Shown here: piece by piece, positions 12,816 to 27,842 of the stretch | How the letters are laid out: each line of letters begins with the position of its first letter | Numbering within the stretch: the stretch's first letter is position 1 | Origin: Octopus vulgaris | Lineage: Eukaryota | Assembly (NCBI GenBank): GCA_951406725.2 | Contig: OX597821.1 | Coordinates: forward strand, 42,284,001 to 42,348,000 | DNA: 64,000 nucleotides | Direction of reading: 5' to 3' | Notes under the pieces: generated by a model | What the model was told of the DNA's origin: nothing | Database searches by the model: none | The model's input: only the letters and a program-made list of their open reading frames with translations | Position numbers and translations under genes: made by a program

Positions 12816-13859
12816 TTTTTACCTTTTACTTGTTTCAGTCATTAGACTGTGGCCATGCTGGGGCACCACCTCAAAGAATTTTTAGCCAAATGAATCAATC
12901 TCAGTACTTATTATTTTAAAGCTTGATACTTATTCTATCAGGCTCTTTTGCCAAACTGCTAAAATACAGGGACATAAACACACCAACACCAGTTGTTAAG
13001 TGGTGGTGGGTGGGGTGACAAACACAAACACAAAGTTACATACACACACGCACACACACACACACTGCTTTCAGTTTCCATTTACCAAATCCACTCGCAG
13101 AGGCTGTAGCAGAAGACACTTGCACAAAGTATTATGAGGTGGGATTGAACCTGGAACCATATGGTTGTGAAACAAGCTTCTTACATACTACTCTCACCTT
13201 ACATCTTCCCTACAATATTTCTATATCTTTATCACTCACACCACACTCTCTTCTGAGTTACCTCTATTGTCTATCAACACCTTGCCTTATCTTTATCTCT
13301 TTCCCCACTTTTACACCTTTAAGGTGACTGCTAGCCTTTCTTTCTCTTGCTTCACCACCTACAATTTTCCTCCACCTCTCTTTGTACATCCTCCCCAATG
13401 CCTCACCATCTAGAATGCTTTCACAGTTTTCACATCCTGATCTTCTCCCTCCTACCTCTATTATACCATCCAGTATCTAGTTCTTACCCCTATCCTTGTG
13501 CCTCCTTTTCTTTTACTGCTCTTCCTTCTCTGACCTTCATCTCCAACCACCCTATACCTCTCTTTCTTTCAGTAACTCATTCAGGATTGCTCTCCACTCA
13601 AGTCTATTGCTCCCTTCCTGTGTCCTTCTCTTTGCACCTTCTATCCATACCCAATCTGTATAATGTTGGATAGCCCTAGAGTCCCTTACCTCATACAACC
13701 CACCCTATAACCTTTCCAACTCTATCTCTCCCTTTTTATCAACCCTATTACTAATCCCTTCCCCTCATCCCTGTTCCCTACCTTACTCCCCCATCCTCTC
13801 ATTTTACCATCCCTCATCCTTCAAGGCCTCCATTTATGGAATCATTACAAGTTTGGCTG

Positions 13860-14800
13860 CATGTGAATGATGAATGGCCAAGGAATCTTAGGAAAGAATG
13901 AAGGACCATGTAATCTGCATAAGGCACTCAAATTGGAAACTTCTGATACAAGATCTGAGAAAAAGGTAGAGCTTATAGGTGAGAAATATGAATAGATTTG
14001 CATGCCAGACACGGTAGAAGGCTTTGCTTATGTCTACAGCCACATCACTGCTTTCACTGAACTGGTGAATGACATAAGAAAGTAGGCCTGTAATGGCTCT
14101 GGTTCTGTGGAAACTGCTCTGTTTACTAAGGAGGAAGAGATCCAAGATGTTGGAGAAAGTCATTGCTAATGGCTGTCTCCATCACCTTAGAGATGTTACA
14201 GGTGAGAGTTATATGAAGATAGCTGCCTTGGTTGGAAAGGTTGTCTTTCTTTGGAATGGGATACACTGATGCCCACTTCCAGTTGTCAGGATATATTGTC
14301 TCACCCCTGTAGGGAGTGAGAGATTAAAATGTCAGTGAGTGTGGGTCCAGTGATTGAATGTAATGAAAGGGATATTGAAAGAGCTGGTAACTTGTTTGTT
14401 TGAGGCAACTGAGTGTATTTCTGCTCTTGTTTGTGAGAGCATGGTGAAGTAGAAAAGGTAGATTTGGAGGGGACTAACCAAGGATGTGTGGTGAGCAGTT
14501 GGATGTAGTGAAGGTGGAAGCTTTTTGCATGGGGGTATTGCTTATGGAGCTGCCATTGTTTAGAAGAGAAGTAAAAGAGGACTCCACAAAATTGGTAACA
14601 ATTCTTTTGGTTAGGAACCGAAAATATTGGCTGCAGTTTGAGAAGCAGAAAAGTGTGAGGGTCATGTGATGCATAAAGCCATTCTTTGTACACTGTAAAA
14701 CTGACAAGTGTTTTCTTAAGTGTTGTGTAGAATTCAACTCCTGTTGTGAATGGTCTTGATTGGAGAAGAACTATGGACTCTACCAAGCCTGACTTATCCC
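13860..14800 (-). mobile_element. LINE reverse-transcriptase remnant
   Basis: VAVDISKAFYRVWHANL motif; upstream PDNW...PIPK region is degenerate with stops and frameshifts. Confidence 0.65.
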
Positions 14801-15104
14801 TGGATATACCCTACATGGAGACAAGATATTCAGTAGTAATCTAGTGTCATGATGGTCTATCAAACTCACTTAATTAACTTTTAATTTTAAAAAAACTGTT
14901 TTATATATAATTTTGGTCATTGTCTCAACTCATTGGTTACTACCATAAATATTATGAGGTAGGGGGCATTGTCACTTAGATCAATCCATCGACTGACTTA
15001 TATGGGGTTGGTCATGTGAATGTGCAGCTATTAATCTAGTCATATAAACACTGTACAGTAAGTATGTTCAGATAAACACACTGTACTATAAAAATAAGTG
15101 TCCC

Positions 15105-16070
15105 AACCCTACCATCACCAAATTAGAATGCATTCTCTTCCACTTCTTGAGGAAAGGATGCGTACCGATGATCTGGCAATCCATTTGCTGTCAACACCCA
15201 TTAAAAGGAGGGCTGGGCATGCTGTGGTTGATTATACACAGACACGTGCTGAGACTGCGACATCTCCGGCTCTATGTAGACGACGGTGAACAGGTGTGGT
15301 TGCCATTTGTGAGGCACACTTTCCTCTACATGACCAAACTACAGTCATGGATCAAAAAGAGGCCAAGGAAGGGTGAGTAGCACCGTGGGTGTCGCATTGT
15401 GCTCAAGCAACTATGCTCTCCCAGGTTGACCTTAAGCGACTTCAACACAACCAAAGCATTCTATAGGGGATTAGTGGAGGGGAAGTATGACGACGATCTT
15501 GGGGTGAACCTGGGCATCGACGAGGAATATCTGACCCACCTGTTCAAGATGACTTTCAGGCCAGGACCTATGGACAACTTCCAGATATCCCTGGCCTGGC
15601 AGTGCTATCGAGAAGCACTACCCATTCGGGATAAGCTCTACAGACATGGCTCAAGAGACATGGGGCCGACCTGTCTGAGATGCGGTCAGAGCAACGAAAC
15701 CATCCTGCACGCACTCGTACAGTGTTCAACCACTTCCGACCTGTGGGCCTATGTCGAATGACTGCTATCGCATGTGGGATGAGTCAGTTTATCAACCAAG
15801 TCTATCGTGAATATTGTCATGCCTCCTTCCTTGAAAATGGAAGGAAGAGCCATTTTCATCGTACTTGTGGCTATGGCAAAAGAATGTGTGTGGTGGACGT
15901 GTCTGAAAGGTCAAGAGACAAAAAACTTCCTCTCTGGTCAATCTCTCATCAACTTCTTCAAGTATCACTTGAAGAGGAAGGTGAGATAAAAAAGGAAGTT
16001 TTGTCTAGTGAATGCTTCAAAACAAGATGGCATGTGTGAATGACGGAGCCAACTTGAGCATAATCTTATG
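15105..16070 (+). mobile_element. L1/Tx1-like LINE ORF2 C-terminal remnant (zf-RVT region)
   Basis: GGLGM motif, then LAWQCYREALP...CLRCGQSNETILHALVQC CCHC finger; frameshifted. Confidence 0.7.
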
Positions 16071-17189
16071 AACCACACAGTAATTAAAACAGAAATCACA
16101 CAGAGCAAGAGATACACATACCACACAAGCCAGCAGTGCAAACAGCACCAAAAGTTACCAAGAACAAACTGACGTATTTGGCGCTTGCACACAATATGTC
16201 AGCGCCATCTATTGCTAAACTGAATAATGAACTTTCTCGTTTGTTTTATTGCTGTTATTTCTTTAATTTTGGATTAAGACTGCTTTCATTTTAGCAAATT
16301 TTATAATATGGCCTATATCTAGCCGAAAGTATAGTTATAATCTTGTGCATGGGCATAACTCAAAATCCTGACATGCTAGAACAATTCTAAGTGAAGATTC
16401 GGAATCATCATCCTCAATTTAGTCTAAAACACATACTTTTACCCCAGTAGCAAAATCTTTGTTGTCCAGTGTAATCAACTATAACCTATGATGCCAAAAG
16501 TTGAGAATATTTCAAGCTGCAAGTCTTCTTTTATGGTTATATTTCTTTAATGTTTACAAAAATATGCATCGGTTGACAGATTTTGTTTTATTTTGTTTTT
16601 ATTTTGATAACAATATCTGGTTTGTTGACAACAATAATTTTATCATTGTTGATACAACTATCACAAGGAAGGTTAAATATCTTGACTGTGGTTGATTCTG
16701 ACAGATGGTGATAGATCATTAGCTTACAGACATATTTCCTTATTTATTTTCATTGTTTATTTCTCATGTATTGCCACCATTATCATTGTTGTCTTATCAT
16801 CATCATTACCATCTTTATCACTGTCATTATCATCATGACAATGAGAATGTAAGAAAATTAGTTAATTAGTGTGAAATATGTTTCTTGAGCAAAATTTAAA
16901 TCAGTGTAAATTATATCTTGTTCATTCATTTTGGCATCCATATATTTATACTAGCATTGGTTTGATGAGTATATTACTTTGCAGCCAGATGCTCATTCTG
17001 TCACTAACTCTTATATGTTTTTCAAGTAAGAGATGTTTTATTCAAGGTGTCTTTGAAAGCACAGAACTAGCAGACAATTTGTCCACAGGTAAATATCGAC
17101 AATCTCACTGCTTGTAGATCAACAATTTGTGGAGAAGCTAAAAATTTAAACACAGACACACACACATGCACACACACACACTCACACAT

Positions 17190-17850
<661 letters not shown>

Positions 17851-18099
17851 ACAATAATAAAGATATGTTATGATGAGAGTGCAGATAATTTTTGACTTTC
17901 TATATGTGTGTACATACAACAGACTTTGTACTGTTACTCTCAACCAAATCCATTCACAAGGCATTGGTCAGTCTAGGGCAATATTAAAAAGCATGTGTCA
18001 AAGATGCTACACTGTAGTATTGAATTTGAAACCCTAAGGCTGTGAAGCAATCTTAACCAGCAGACCAATGACTACTCCATGTTTTTGTATATGAGAACC

Positions 18100-18154
<55 letters not shown>

Positions 18155-18168
18155 CATTATTATTATTA

Positions 18169-18254
<86 letters not shown>

Positions 18255-19429
18255 GTGTTCAGAGAAAAGTTAGCCATAAGAGGGATTAAATGTGGTATGC
18301 AGGAGAGGAGACTGCATTGGTTTGGACATGTGATGCATATGAGTGAAGACAGCTGTGTTCGGAAGTGGATGGTACCAAGGCGGCAAGCTGGCAGAAACGT
18401 TAGCATGCCGGGCGACATGCATAGACGTATTTCGTCTGCCGTTACGATCTGAGTTCAAATTCCGCCGAGGTCGACTTTGCCTTTCAGCCTTTCGGGGTAG
18501 ATAAATTAAGCACCAGTTACACACTGGGGTTGACCTAATCGACTTAATCCCTTGTTTGTCCTCTCTATGTTTAGCCCCTTGTGGGTAGTAAAGAAATAGG
18601 TACCTGTTGATGGTACCTCTCTCCCCTCCTCTCTCTCTTTCTCTCTCTCCCCTTCCCTCTCTCTCTCACTGAGTAACCATATACTGCCTCTATAGCAAGA
18701 CACCTATTTCTGCCTCTCTGTTTCCCTGTTACATTCTAACCTTTCTTCATTTGATACTGGATCACCTCTTCTAATGCCGCCTCTGTTGTAGCAAGACACC
18801 TACAGAAGTGTTAAGACTGATTCTTCTGATCGTGTAAAGCATTCATGGCAGTGCCACATAAAAGCACCTGTGTGCACAACACATAAAAGTGTTAGTGCAG
18901 TGCCACATAAAAAAGTCTGTGTGGTGCTATGTAAAGGCAACTGTACAGTGCCACATAAAATCCCCTGTGCAGTAAAAGCACCCAGCACACTCTGAAAAGT
19001 GGTCGGTGTTAGGAAGAGCATCCAGCTGTAGAAATCATGTGAAATCAGACTGGTGTCTGGTGCAGTTCCTTAGCCTGCCAGCTTTGGAATAGAAAAAAAG
19101 TCTATCTTAATTTCTTCTTTTGCTGGTGTCTCAAATTTAGGTTAAATCAGTGTTTTATTCACACAAATATGCAACCGAAGAGTTTAAAGTACCAGTAGTG
19201 ATAAGGCTGATGACTGGGAGAACACAAACATGGTTTAAGCAGTAAGCTTGGCAGGAAAGAGGTAAATCTAGATGGAAAAGCATGATGAATTTATGAGAAC
19301 ATACCTGGGACAATAAGTTTATCCAATAAAATATGTAGGAAATCGATTTGTTGTTAGTCCATGCCAAATTTTTTATATGATCACTTCCCTTTATGGTTTG
19401 TATATAATAATATAATAATGAAATTATTG

Positions 19430-19830
19430 TATACAGTGCTCAGGTGCACCACAACTTGTCAGAAAGTGCATATAAAGTACATGCAGTAATGTAGAAATGT
19501 CTGGAAAGTGAACATGCTTGTGTGTGTATGGAGGGGAGAAAATCAAGTGTAGTGTTGGCGAATCTCAGGAAGCATGGAAGTCTTGAAGGATGCAGTGCTC
19601 CGACAACTAACAACCGATGCCGGCAGTTTGTTCCACGCTTCAGCAACTCTCAGCGTGAAAAAATGTTTCCTGAAGTCATGGGAGCTGTGCTGTTTTCTTA
19701 CTTTGTAAATATGTCCATGGGTGGAGTTTGAAGAGGTGCTCAGTGTTATTGTTTGTGCGATGGTTGATAATTTTATGGGTGTCTGCCAGGTCAGCTGCCA
19801 GACGTCGGAGTTTCAATGTGTCCATGAACT
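19430..19830 (-). mobile_element. CR1/L2-like LINE 3' end
   Basis: Minus strand translates LKLRRLAADL...HKIIN...HDFRKHFFTLRVAEAWNKLP, a typical CR1-group C-terminus. Confidence 0.7.
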
Positions 19831-20415
19831 ATCATTGTACCCATGAACTATCTTCCCATTTAACTGAAAACTTTTTTAATATTTTGATCTTTTGATAAAT
19901 AGATTTTATCAATGCTCCTTGGGGAGAAATCTGTATCAGCTTTTGTTTCATACTTCTCCTCAAGTTCATTAACTATTTCAATTATGTTGTTGATTTCATG
20001 TTTGCAAACTTGGGCAAGATAGTTACTTTGGTAATCACAGTACCTTGATAATCCACCCAGGGTGGCATCAAAGACTTTCTGACAGTCCAGCCAAGTTTTT
20101 ATGGTTCTTTATTGTTCTTTTTTGCATCATTTTGTTAACTAGTAGCTACTCAACACATCACTACACTTCATTCTTTTCCCCAACCTTGTTCTGGGGTTAC
20201 AATATCATTAGTGGTACAATGATCTTACAGAAAAGGGTTGAGGCACCTAAAGTATATCTTATACATGATGCTTTGGCAGGCTGTTGGATGGTAATTTATA
20301 GCTTCAATGGTTTGGCTATTTTGAAGGATGGGCAGTGTGATGACTGTTGACAGCCATATGAACACATTTAAAGTAACCTTGATACACTTCTCAAAAAGTC
20401 TTATTAAATCCTGCC

Positions 20416-20878
20416 ATTAAAAATTGAGGTTCATAAACAATATCCTGTCATAAGACCTAGGCCTGGGAATTTCCTGTTTGGTATTTTTTTTAGAAATGTA
20501 TGTTTATATATGTATGTATACACACTCACATACATACATCCAAACATACATACATGCATGCATACATACATACATACTATAAAAATTGAGGCTTTTTAAA
20601 CCAATATCCTGTAATAAAGACCTAGGCCTGGGAATTTCCTGTTTGGTATTTTTTTAGAAATATATGTATATATGTGTATGTATACACACTCACATACATA
20701 CATACATCCAAACATACATACATGCATGCATACATACATACATACATACTATAAAAATTGAGGTTTTTTTAAACCAATATCCTGTAATAAGATCTAGGCC
20801 TGGGAATTTTCTGTTTGGTATTTTTTTTAGAAATGTATGTATATATGTATGTATACACACTCACATACATACATACAA
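20416..20878. repeat. Tandem triplication of a ~165-175-bp unit
   Basis: AAAATTGAGG...CCTAGGCCTGGGAATTT...TACATAC recurs at about 20418, 20580 and 20752. Confidence 0.85.
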
Positions 20879-20879
20879 T

Positions 20880-21932
20880 TCACAGGGAGTAAGATCGGGT
20901 GAATCAGGAAGGCAGGTAAGAGGAGTCATTTTTCATCATTTTTCATCAAAAACTGTCTCACACTCAAAGTGGTATGTGCAGGTGCATTGTCATGATGAAA
21001 CCACCACTCTCCACTTTAACACAGGTCGGGATGTTTTTGTCTCACTACATCTCACAAACACTTCAGAACTGCCAAGTAAAATGTCTGGTTAGCAGTTCGA
21101 CCAGGAGGAACAAATTCTGTGTGGGCAATTCCTTTTGCATCGAGGAAACAAATCAGCATCATCTTGACATTGAACTTCACTTGATGCACTTTTTGGGGGC
21201 ATGATAACATTGAATGCTTCCATTGACTTGATTGCTGCTTCATTCCCAGATCATAGCTTTCATCACCAATGATGACCTTTGAAAAAAGGTTCAGATTAAT
21301 TTCCAACTGTTTTTTTCAGTTTATGGCACATTCAGCTGTAACTGCTTTTGATTTTCCGTGAGCAAGTGAGGCACAAATTTTACTGCAACTCTTTTCATTC
21401 ACAATTCCTTGCTCAAAATTCATTGTCAAGAGCTCCAGGACATACCAGTCATATCAACAAGTTCGTCAATTGTAAGGCAATGGTCCTCCAAGTTCAGTTC
21501 ATGAATTTTCATGATATTTTCATTCGTTCAGGAGGTCAACAGTCACCCTGAACGAAGCTGGTCTTCAAGCAACAAGTAACCATTCCTAAAGTGTGAAAAC
21601 CACTCGTAACTTGTGTTTTGCTCATGGTAGCAGCCTTGTAAGCTGTTTGAAGCATGACAACTCTTTTGGCTGCCATTTTCCCCAGCAGAAAACAGGATTA
21701 CATGGACGCATGCTGTTCCTTTGTTTCAGCCATCACAAAAAAATCGACAAACAGGGAAGAAGCACTGCAAAACAAAGATGTCCCATGTGGCAGTACGACT
21801 TCACTCAGCAATGTTGGTTGGCAGACTGATGGCTGAGGGTCACATCAAGTGGTTTCTAGTGACAGAAGCCCGAACTACGACAGGCTTGTCCCACAGGGAA
21901 CGTTTCCAGTTACTTTTGGGTACCCCCTCATA
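20880..21932 (-). mobile_element. Mariner-family transposon, decayed
   Basis: IIGDES, YDxxxKQQSSQW, KMMLICFLDAKGI and HHDNAPAH motifs; TA-flanked terminus at about 21930. Confidence 0.8.
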
Positions 21933-22049
21933 CATACATACAAAAATACCCTGTTGATGTTGTTGAAATTCCAATGAAGGAGTCTTGGATCTAAGTTAGA
22001 AACCAGCTCTTTCTCAGTTTTATATTTGAGAGATGAGGAATTATGTACG

Positions 22050-23410
22050 CTGGAACCTATATATTTTAGAATCACTAGCAGAACTCGAGAAGAAATTTCA
22101 GGTGTAGAACCAAGGTTTAGAATCGAAGGGCCTTAGAGTCAATGTTGCAAAGACCAAAGTTCTAGTAAGTAGGAAGACAAACATAACACACCCCTTCAGG
22201 TAGGTGGCCCTGCTTGATCTGTAGAAAAGGTGTAGGTGGAAACTCCATAAGCTGTACCCAGTATAAGCTATGGACACATAAGTAGTGCAGCAACATCAAA
22301 GGAAGATTAACTGGGAAGATAGCTTTCATGTGTGTCAGATGCACAGGGGCAATAAACACCACAGATGCTCAGAAAACAGATTCCATCACATGCCAGGGGG
22401 AGAAACTAGAAGTAGTTGATAGCTTCCGCTACCTAGGTGACCAAGACTGTAGTGGGGGTAGATGCTAAGAGAGTGTTACCACTAGAATAAGAATAGCCTG
22501 GGCAAAGTTCAGAAAGCTCCTACCCCTACTGGTGACAAAGACCTCTCACTCAGAATGAAAGGTAGATTGTACGATGTATGTGTGTGAACTGCCATGCTTC
22601 ACAACAGTGAAACATGGGCCATGACTGCAGAAGACATGTGTAGGCTCGAAAGAAATGAAGCTAGCATGATCTGCTGGATGTGTCATGTCAGTGTGCACAC
22701 ACAACAGAGTGTAAGCACCCTGAGAGAAATATTGGACATAAGAAGCATCAGATGTCGCATGCAAGAGAGACATTTGTGTTAGTATGGTCATGTACTACTG
22801 ATGGATGAGGAGAACTGTGTGAAGAAGTGCCACTCCCAAACAGTTAAAGGAATCTGGGGTAGAGGTAGACCCAGGAAGATATGGGATGAGGTGGTCGAGC
22901 ATGACCTTTGAACGCTGGGCCTCACAGAGGCAATGACAAAAGACCAAGACCTCTGGAGATATGCTGTGACTGAGAAGACCTGGCAAATAAAGTGAGTTCA
23001 CAGCTGTAACCTACACCAGTGTCATATAACCAGCCCACTCAAAAGTACCTTGGATTGTAGGGTGACAGGCCATGCTCGAGGAGACATATTGAGTCAAGTA
23101 CATCAAAACCAAAATCAAATGGAAATTGTAGTTGTGAGCCCTGTGCCAGTGGCACATAAAAAGCACCATCTGAACATGGCTGATGCCAGTGTCGCCTTGA
23201 CTAGCTTCCATGTCAGTAACACGTAAAAAGCACCAACTGGCCATGATCATTGCCAGCCCCACTCTTGCCCCTGTGCCGATGGCATGTAAAAAGCATCCAC
23301 TACACTCTTGGAGTGGTTGATGCAGCCTCCTGGTTTCCCAGACCCCAGTCGAACCGTCCAACCCATGCCATTATGGAAAACAGATGTTAAACGATGATGA
23401 TGATGATGAT
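22050..23410 (+). mobile_element. RTE-clade LINE 3' portion with (GAT)n tail, decayed
   Basis: GLRVNVAKTKV, Cys/His finger, FRYLGD, MLHNSETW and GRGRPRKxW motifs; the 3' UTR ends in GAT repeats at about 23392-23410. Confidence 0.8.
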
Positions 23411-23419
23411 ACTGATTTA

Positions 23420-23574
23420 CATTATTTACATTTGACAGATATTTGTCCTCATCTTGTTTGTTTCGGCTGATATACTCTCCAGCCTTCTTCAGGGGTCCTG
23501 GGGAAATTTCAAACTTGGGTTCTCATTCCTAAGGTATTTTTCGATGATTATGCTGATGATGTTGTTGTTGTTGC

Positions 23575-23619
<45 letters not shown>

Positions 23620-25018
23620 ACAAACTCAGAATCTTGGGGTTAGTACCCCATGCTCTTAACCATTACACCATATGCCCGTGGGTAATTATGGAGTAAATTT
23701 TAGGGCCTATCCTTCTATAAAACTAGTTTGTATATGCTACTCATATCTGCACTCGGTCTGCTTAGGAGGTTGTTGTGTCCTAGCATATGTGCTGCTTCTT
23801 TTAGTTTTCGTATTTTCCAGTGGTGCTCTCTGTCTATTATTTTAACTTCATCCCACAGTGGGAGGTGGTCTTTGATTTTCCATACATGCTATGGGTTTGC
23901 CATTATTACAGATAATAGCCAATATATACATGGAATACTCTGAGAATTTGGCTTTAGGATCAACACCACTAAAATCAACTCTATGGCTGTGATATATTGA
24001 TGACATCTTTATACTCTGGCCCCACCAGGAAGATGTCCAAGTGCTGTTAGATCATGTGAACTCAATAAAGCCATCAATACAGTTCACAATGGAAAAGGAA
24101 AAAGGCAATCAGCTGGCAATTCTGGACATATTAATAACACGTGCCAAGTATGGATTCAGGACATCCATATGCCGCAAGCCGACCTTCACTGGATGATACC
24201 TCAACTTCAATGCACACCATCCATACAGTGTAAAGAGAGAAATTGCTCAGTGTCTAAAACATCGAGCAAAGAATATAAGTAGCAAACCATGAAGAAATGA
24301 CCAAGCTAAGTAACGATCTATTAAGTAACAATGACCCCAAAAACATACTATCCACTCCAGTTATGAAGAGAGGATGAAACCCATAAACTGACCACAGTCT
24401 GTCTACCCTACGTAAAAGGCCTCTCTAAAAAGATACAAAAGATATGCACCCATTTGCCATCAGGATAGTATTCAAGAGTAATACAATACCTCACAAATAT
24501 CTCCTTTGAGTAAAACCACCAATAGAAGAGAATATGACCAAAGACTGCATGTCCTCCATCCAATGTAGCTGTGGTAGGTTATACAAAGGCGAATCATACC
24601 GGCCCCTCAAAATAAGGGTTGAGGAACATTGTAAAGCTGTGACATGAGGAGATGTTGATAAATCGGGTATAGCTAATCACGTTTGGAAAAATGGAGACCA
24701 CCTCTCCCTGTGGGATGAAGTTAAAATAATTGACAGAGAACACCACTGGAAAATACTAAAACTAAAAGAAGTAGCACATTATACTAGGACATAATAACCT
24801 CCTAAGCAGACCGAGTGCAGATACAAGTAACATATGGGAACCGGTATTAAAGAAGAATAGGAAAATATTAGATTTTTAAGCCTTAAAATTCACTCTATAA
24901 TTGCCCATGGGCATATGGCGTAGTGCTTAAGAGCACAGGCAATTAACCCCAAGATAAAATAATAATAAATCATTTTGGGAGTATATCAGCCAAAATATCC
25001 GTCAAATATAAATAATGT
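23420..25018 (+). mobile_element. Penelope-like element, 5'-truncated, with an inverted copy of its 3' end
   Basis: Plus strand: YIDDIFILWPH, SIQFTMEKE, RKPT and GIY-YIG-like (IQCSCGRLYKGE) remnants at about 23890-24860. About 23420-23890 is an inverted copy of about 24680-25018. Confidence 0.8.
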
Positions 25019-25652
25019 ACAGCTCTTTCTCTAAATAAAACTGAATAATGACATACATACACATCCACTCATCCATATATGTATATATCATTATCATCAT
25101 TTAACATCCATTTTCCATGCCTACACAGATTGGACAGTTTGACCAGAGCTGGTGAAGCCAGGGGCAGCACCAGGCTCCACTGACTGTTCTGGCATGATTG
25201 ACAACCAGTGTTGATGTGTTTATGTCCTTGTAACTCAGCAGTTCAGCAAAAGAGACCAATAGAATAAATACTAGGCTTAAAAAAAAGTCCTGGGATTGAT
25301 TTGTTTAACTAAAACCCTTCAAGGTGGTGCTCCAGCATGGCCACAGGCAAATGACTGAAACAAGAAAAAGATAAAAGATAAAAGATAGGTGTAGGTGTAT
25401 AATCCAAGCTGTGATCTCATATTATTTTTCAATCTTCATTTGAAGTACAGATAAAAGATTCTATACGTTTTTTCTAGATGTATACCTTCATAACTATCAA
25501 ATTCATTTCGAAGTCCTCTGATCGCAGGTTTCCTACCAAATATATTTTATCCTATCACCAATCTTCAACTGTTTTAAACCAAGGAAATTTCTCCCCATGA
25601 GTTCATGGAGCACAGGAAATGAAGGAAGATTGGAAATGAATGTGTGTATGTA

Positions 25653-26742
25653 CAAGGTGGGGCAGAAAGGATGGACGTTTTTGAAATGGCTGTCACTCGG
25701 CCCCAGGGGGTGAGACATATGTCCAACAGATACTATTCAGTCCATGGTATCTTAGCATTTTTTTTCTTCTTTTCAGGTGAAGCCATGGTGCTATGGACAA
25801 CAGAGCATTGCGTGTTTGCCTCCAATAGTTAAATGAAGATCAACGAGTCTGTCACAGCAGTACAACATGAGTCTCAGCACCACTTCAACATACACCGAAA
25901 TCAGGCTGTTCCCACCTGTCGCACAATCTTACGTTGGGTGAATGCACTTCATACACGAGGTACACTAATGAATAGGAGACTGGTGTGGCTGCCACGAACG
26001 GTTCAGACCCCAGAAAATGTGGAACACATCAGACAAGCTCTTGAAAATCTGAGCAAACTGCACAAAAGACCACTGCACGGCCCAAATGTGACGGTCTGGT
26101 GTGCTGTTGGAGAAGCTGCAGTCATCTGTCCTTACTTTTATGAAGACAATAATGGAAATGCTGTCACTGTAAATTCCAAGCATTACATCAAGATGATAAA
26201 CAACTTGTTTGTGTCTGAATTACGATGAAAACATAAGCCTGTTCAATGTGTATGGTTTCAGTAGGATGGGGTGACAGCCCATAGCCAGAACATTAATAGA
26301 TGTTCTTCACCCTCTCTTCAGTGACTGCTTCATTTCCAGGTTTGCTGACATTCTTTGGTTCCCCCCCCCCCGCCCTTAGTTCTCTGATTTGTCCATGTGT
26401 GATTATTTCTTATGGGGAAACCTCAAGGCATATGTGTATGTGCATACATTGGACGATTTGAAGGAAGAACCTCGTACATTGGACAATTTGAAGGAAGCTA
26501 TTTGCATGGAAGTCACCCAAATCAACAGAGCAATGTTGGAGAGAGAGAGGCCAACTTCCAAGAATGCCTTCAGAAATGCATCAATGAAAACGAACACCAC
26601 ATGATGGATATTGTTTTCCACACTTGATTTTGACAATTATAAATTCAATACAAACACACTGATGTCAATAAAATTTGTTTGCAGCTAAAATTAATGATTT
26701 TGTGAATTTTTCAAAAACGTCCATCCTCTCTGCCCCAACCTG
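25653..26742 (+). mobile_element. Tc1/mariner-superfamily transposon with TIRs, internally deleted
   Basis: ~34-bp TIR (CAAGGTGGGGCAGAAAGGATGGACGTTTTTGAAA and its reverse complement), TA on both sides; VTVWCAV, WFQxDG and DLSMCDYFLWG motifs. Confidence 0.85.
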
Positions 26743-26809
26743 TATATACACAATTGGTATATAAAGAATATGGATGGGTGTACACACACACATATATATG
26801 TGAACCATA

Positions 26810-27780
26810 AACCATAATCCATGCAAACACACTTCTCTCCTATAACATCACAATTTTCCATGGCACATTGTCTTGCAAGCTGAAACACTTCAAGCCTCTG
26901 GTCCTCACATTGTAAGACATTGGCAAACTTCTTCCTTTCTGCTTCACTCCTTGCTAAGTATACCAGCTTCCTAGCTTCCCTCCTAGCTGCTTGATATAAC
27001 TCCTTGCTCCCACCACCCTTCCAGTCTTTCCAAACCTGTTTCTTTGCTCTAATGTCCCTGTCAGCTACCCTGTTCCACCACCACATCATCCTAGGCTTGG
27101 ATGGGACTTTGCACCAGCCACAAATTTGGTCTGAGGCATTCAGCAAGTCCACTTATCCTTTTTGCTACAAGTCTGTAACTCCTCCTCCCTCTCATTATAT
27201 ACTTCATTTGGGATGTCTCTAAATCTCTGACTAATCAAAGGATCCTTAAGCTTCCATACTCTTCTTTTCTAAACTGGCTTATTTCTTGAAATCCTTCAGA
27301 CCAGAAGCTTCAAGTCCCCAGTGAGTAACCTATGCTGTGGAGTACATTCTTCTCCAGGGAAGACCTTTGCATTTATGAGCAACCATGAATCCTGCATGGT
27401 CGCAGGATTCATAGGTTATCAAGTGACTGACTGGCTTTCTGAAGTTAGTGTTGCAGATCATTATGTCATTTGTGTTACAGAATCCAGCAGCCTTATACAC
27501 TCCTCATTTCAGGAACCAATTCCATGTCCCTCATGCACTCCATAGAAGATACCTGGGTGCCACACAACATGTCCAATGAAATCACCAGCCACAAAGATAA
27601 GGTCACAGTCGTTTATCTTTGAAGTGGCTTACAGAAGAGTGTCATAGAAGCAGTCCTTCTCTTCATTTGGCAGACCCAGTTGGGGAGGTGCTGGAGTATA
27701 GGCTGAGATGATTGTTACTGTGCTACTCTGCAAAACTAGTCAAAGCTTAAGTACCCCATCATGTACTCTGACTACTTCAA
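26810..27780 (-). mobile_element. RTE-clade LINE endonuclease/linker remnant
   Basis: ISAYxP, GDFIGHV and WWWNRVADRDIRAKKQVWKDWK motifs. Confidence 0.7.
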
Positions 27781-27842
27781 GTAAGTTATTTTTTTATTAA
27801 ACATAACAAGTCCAAGAACCTTTTGATACTACCTCATCTATA

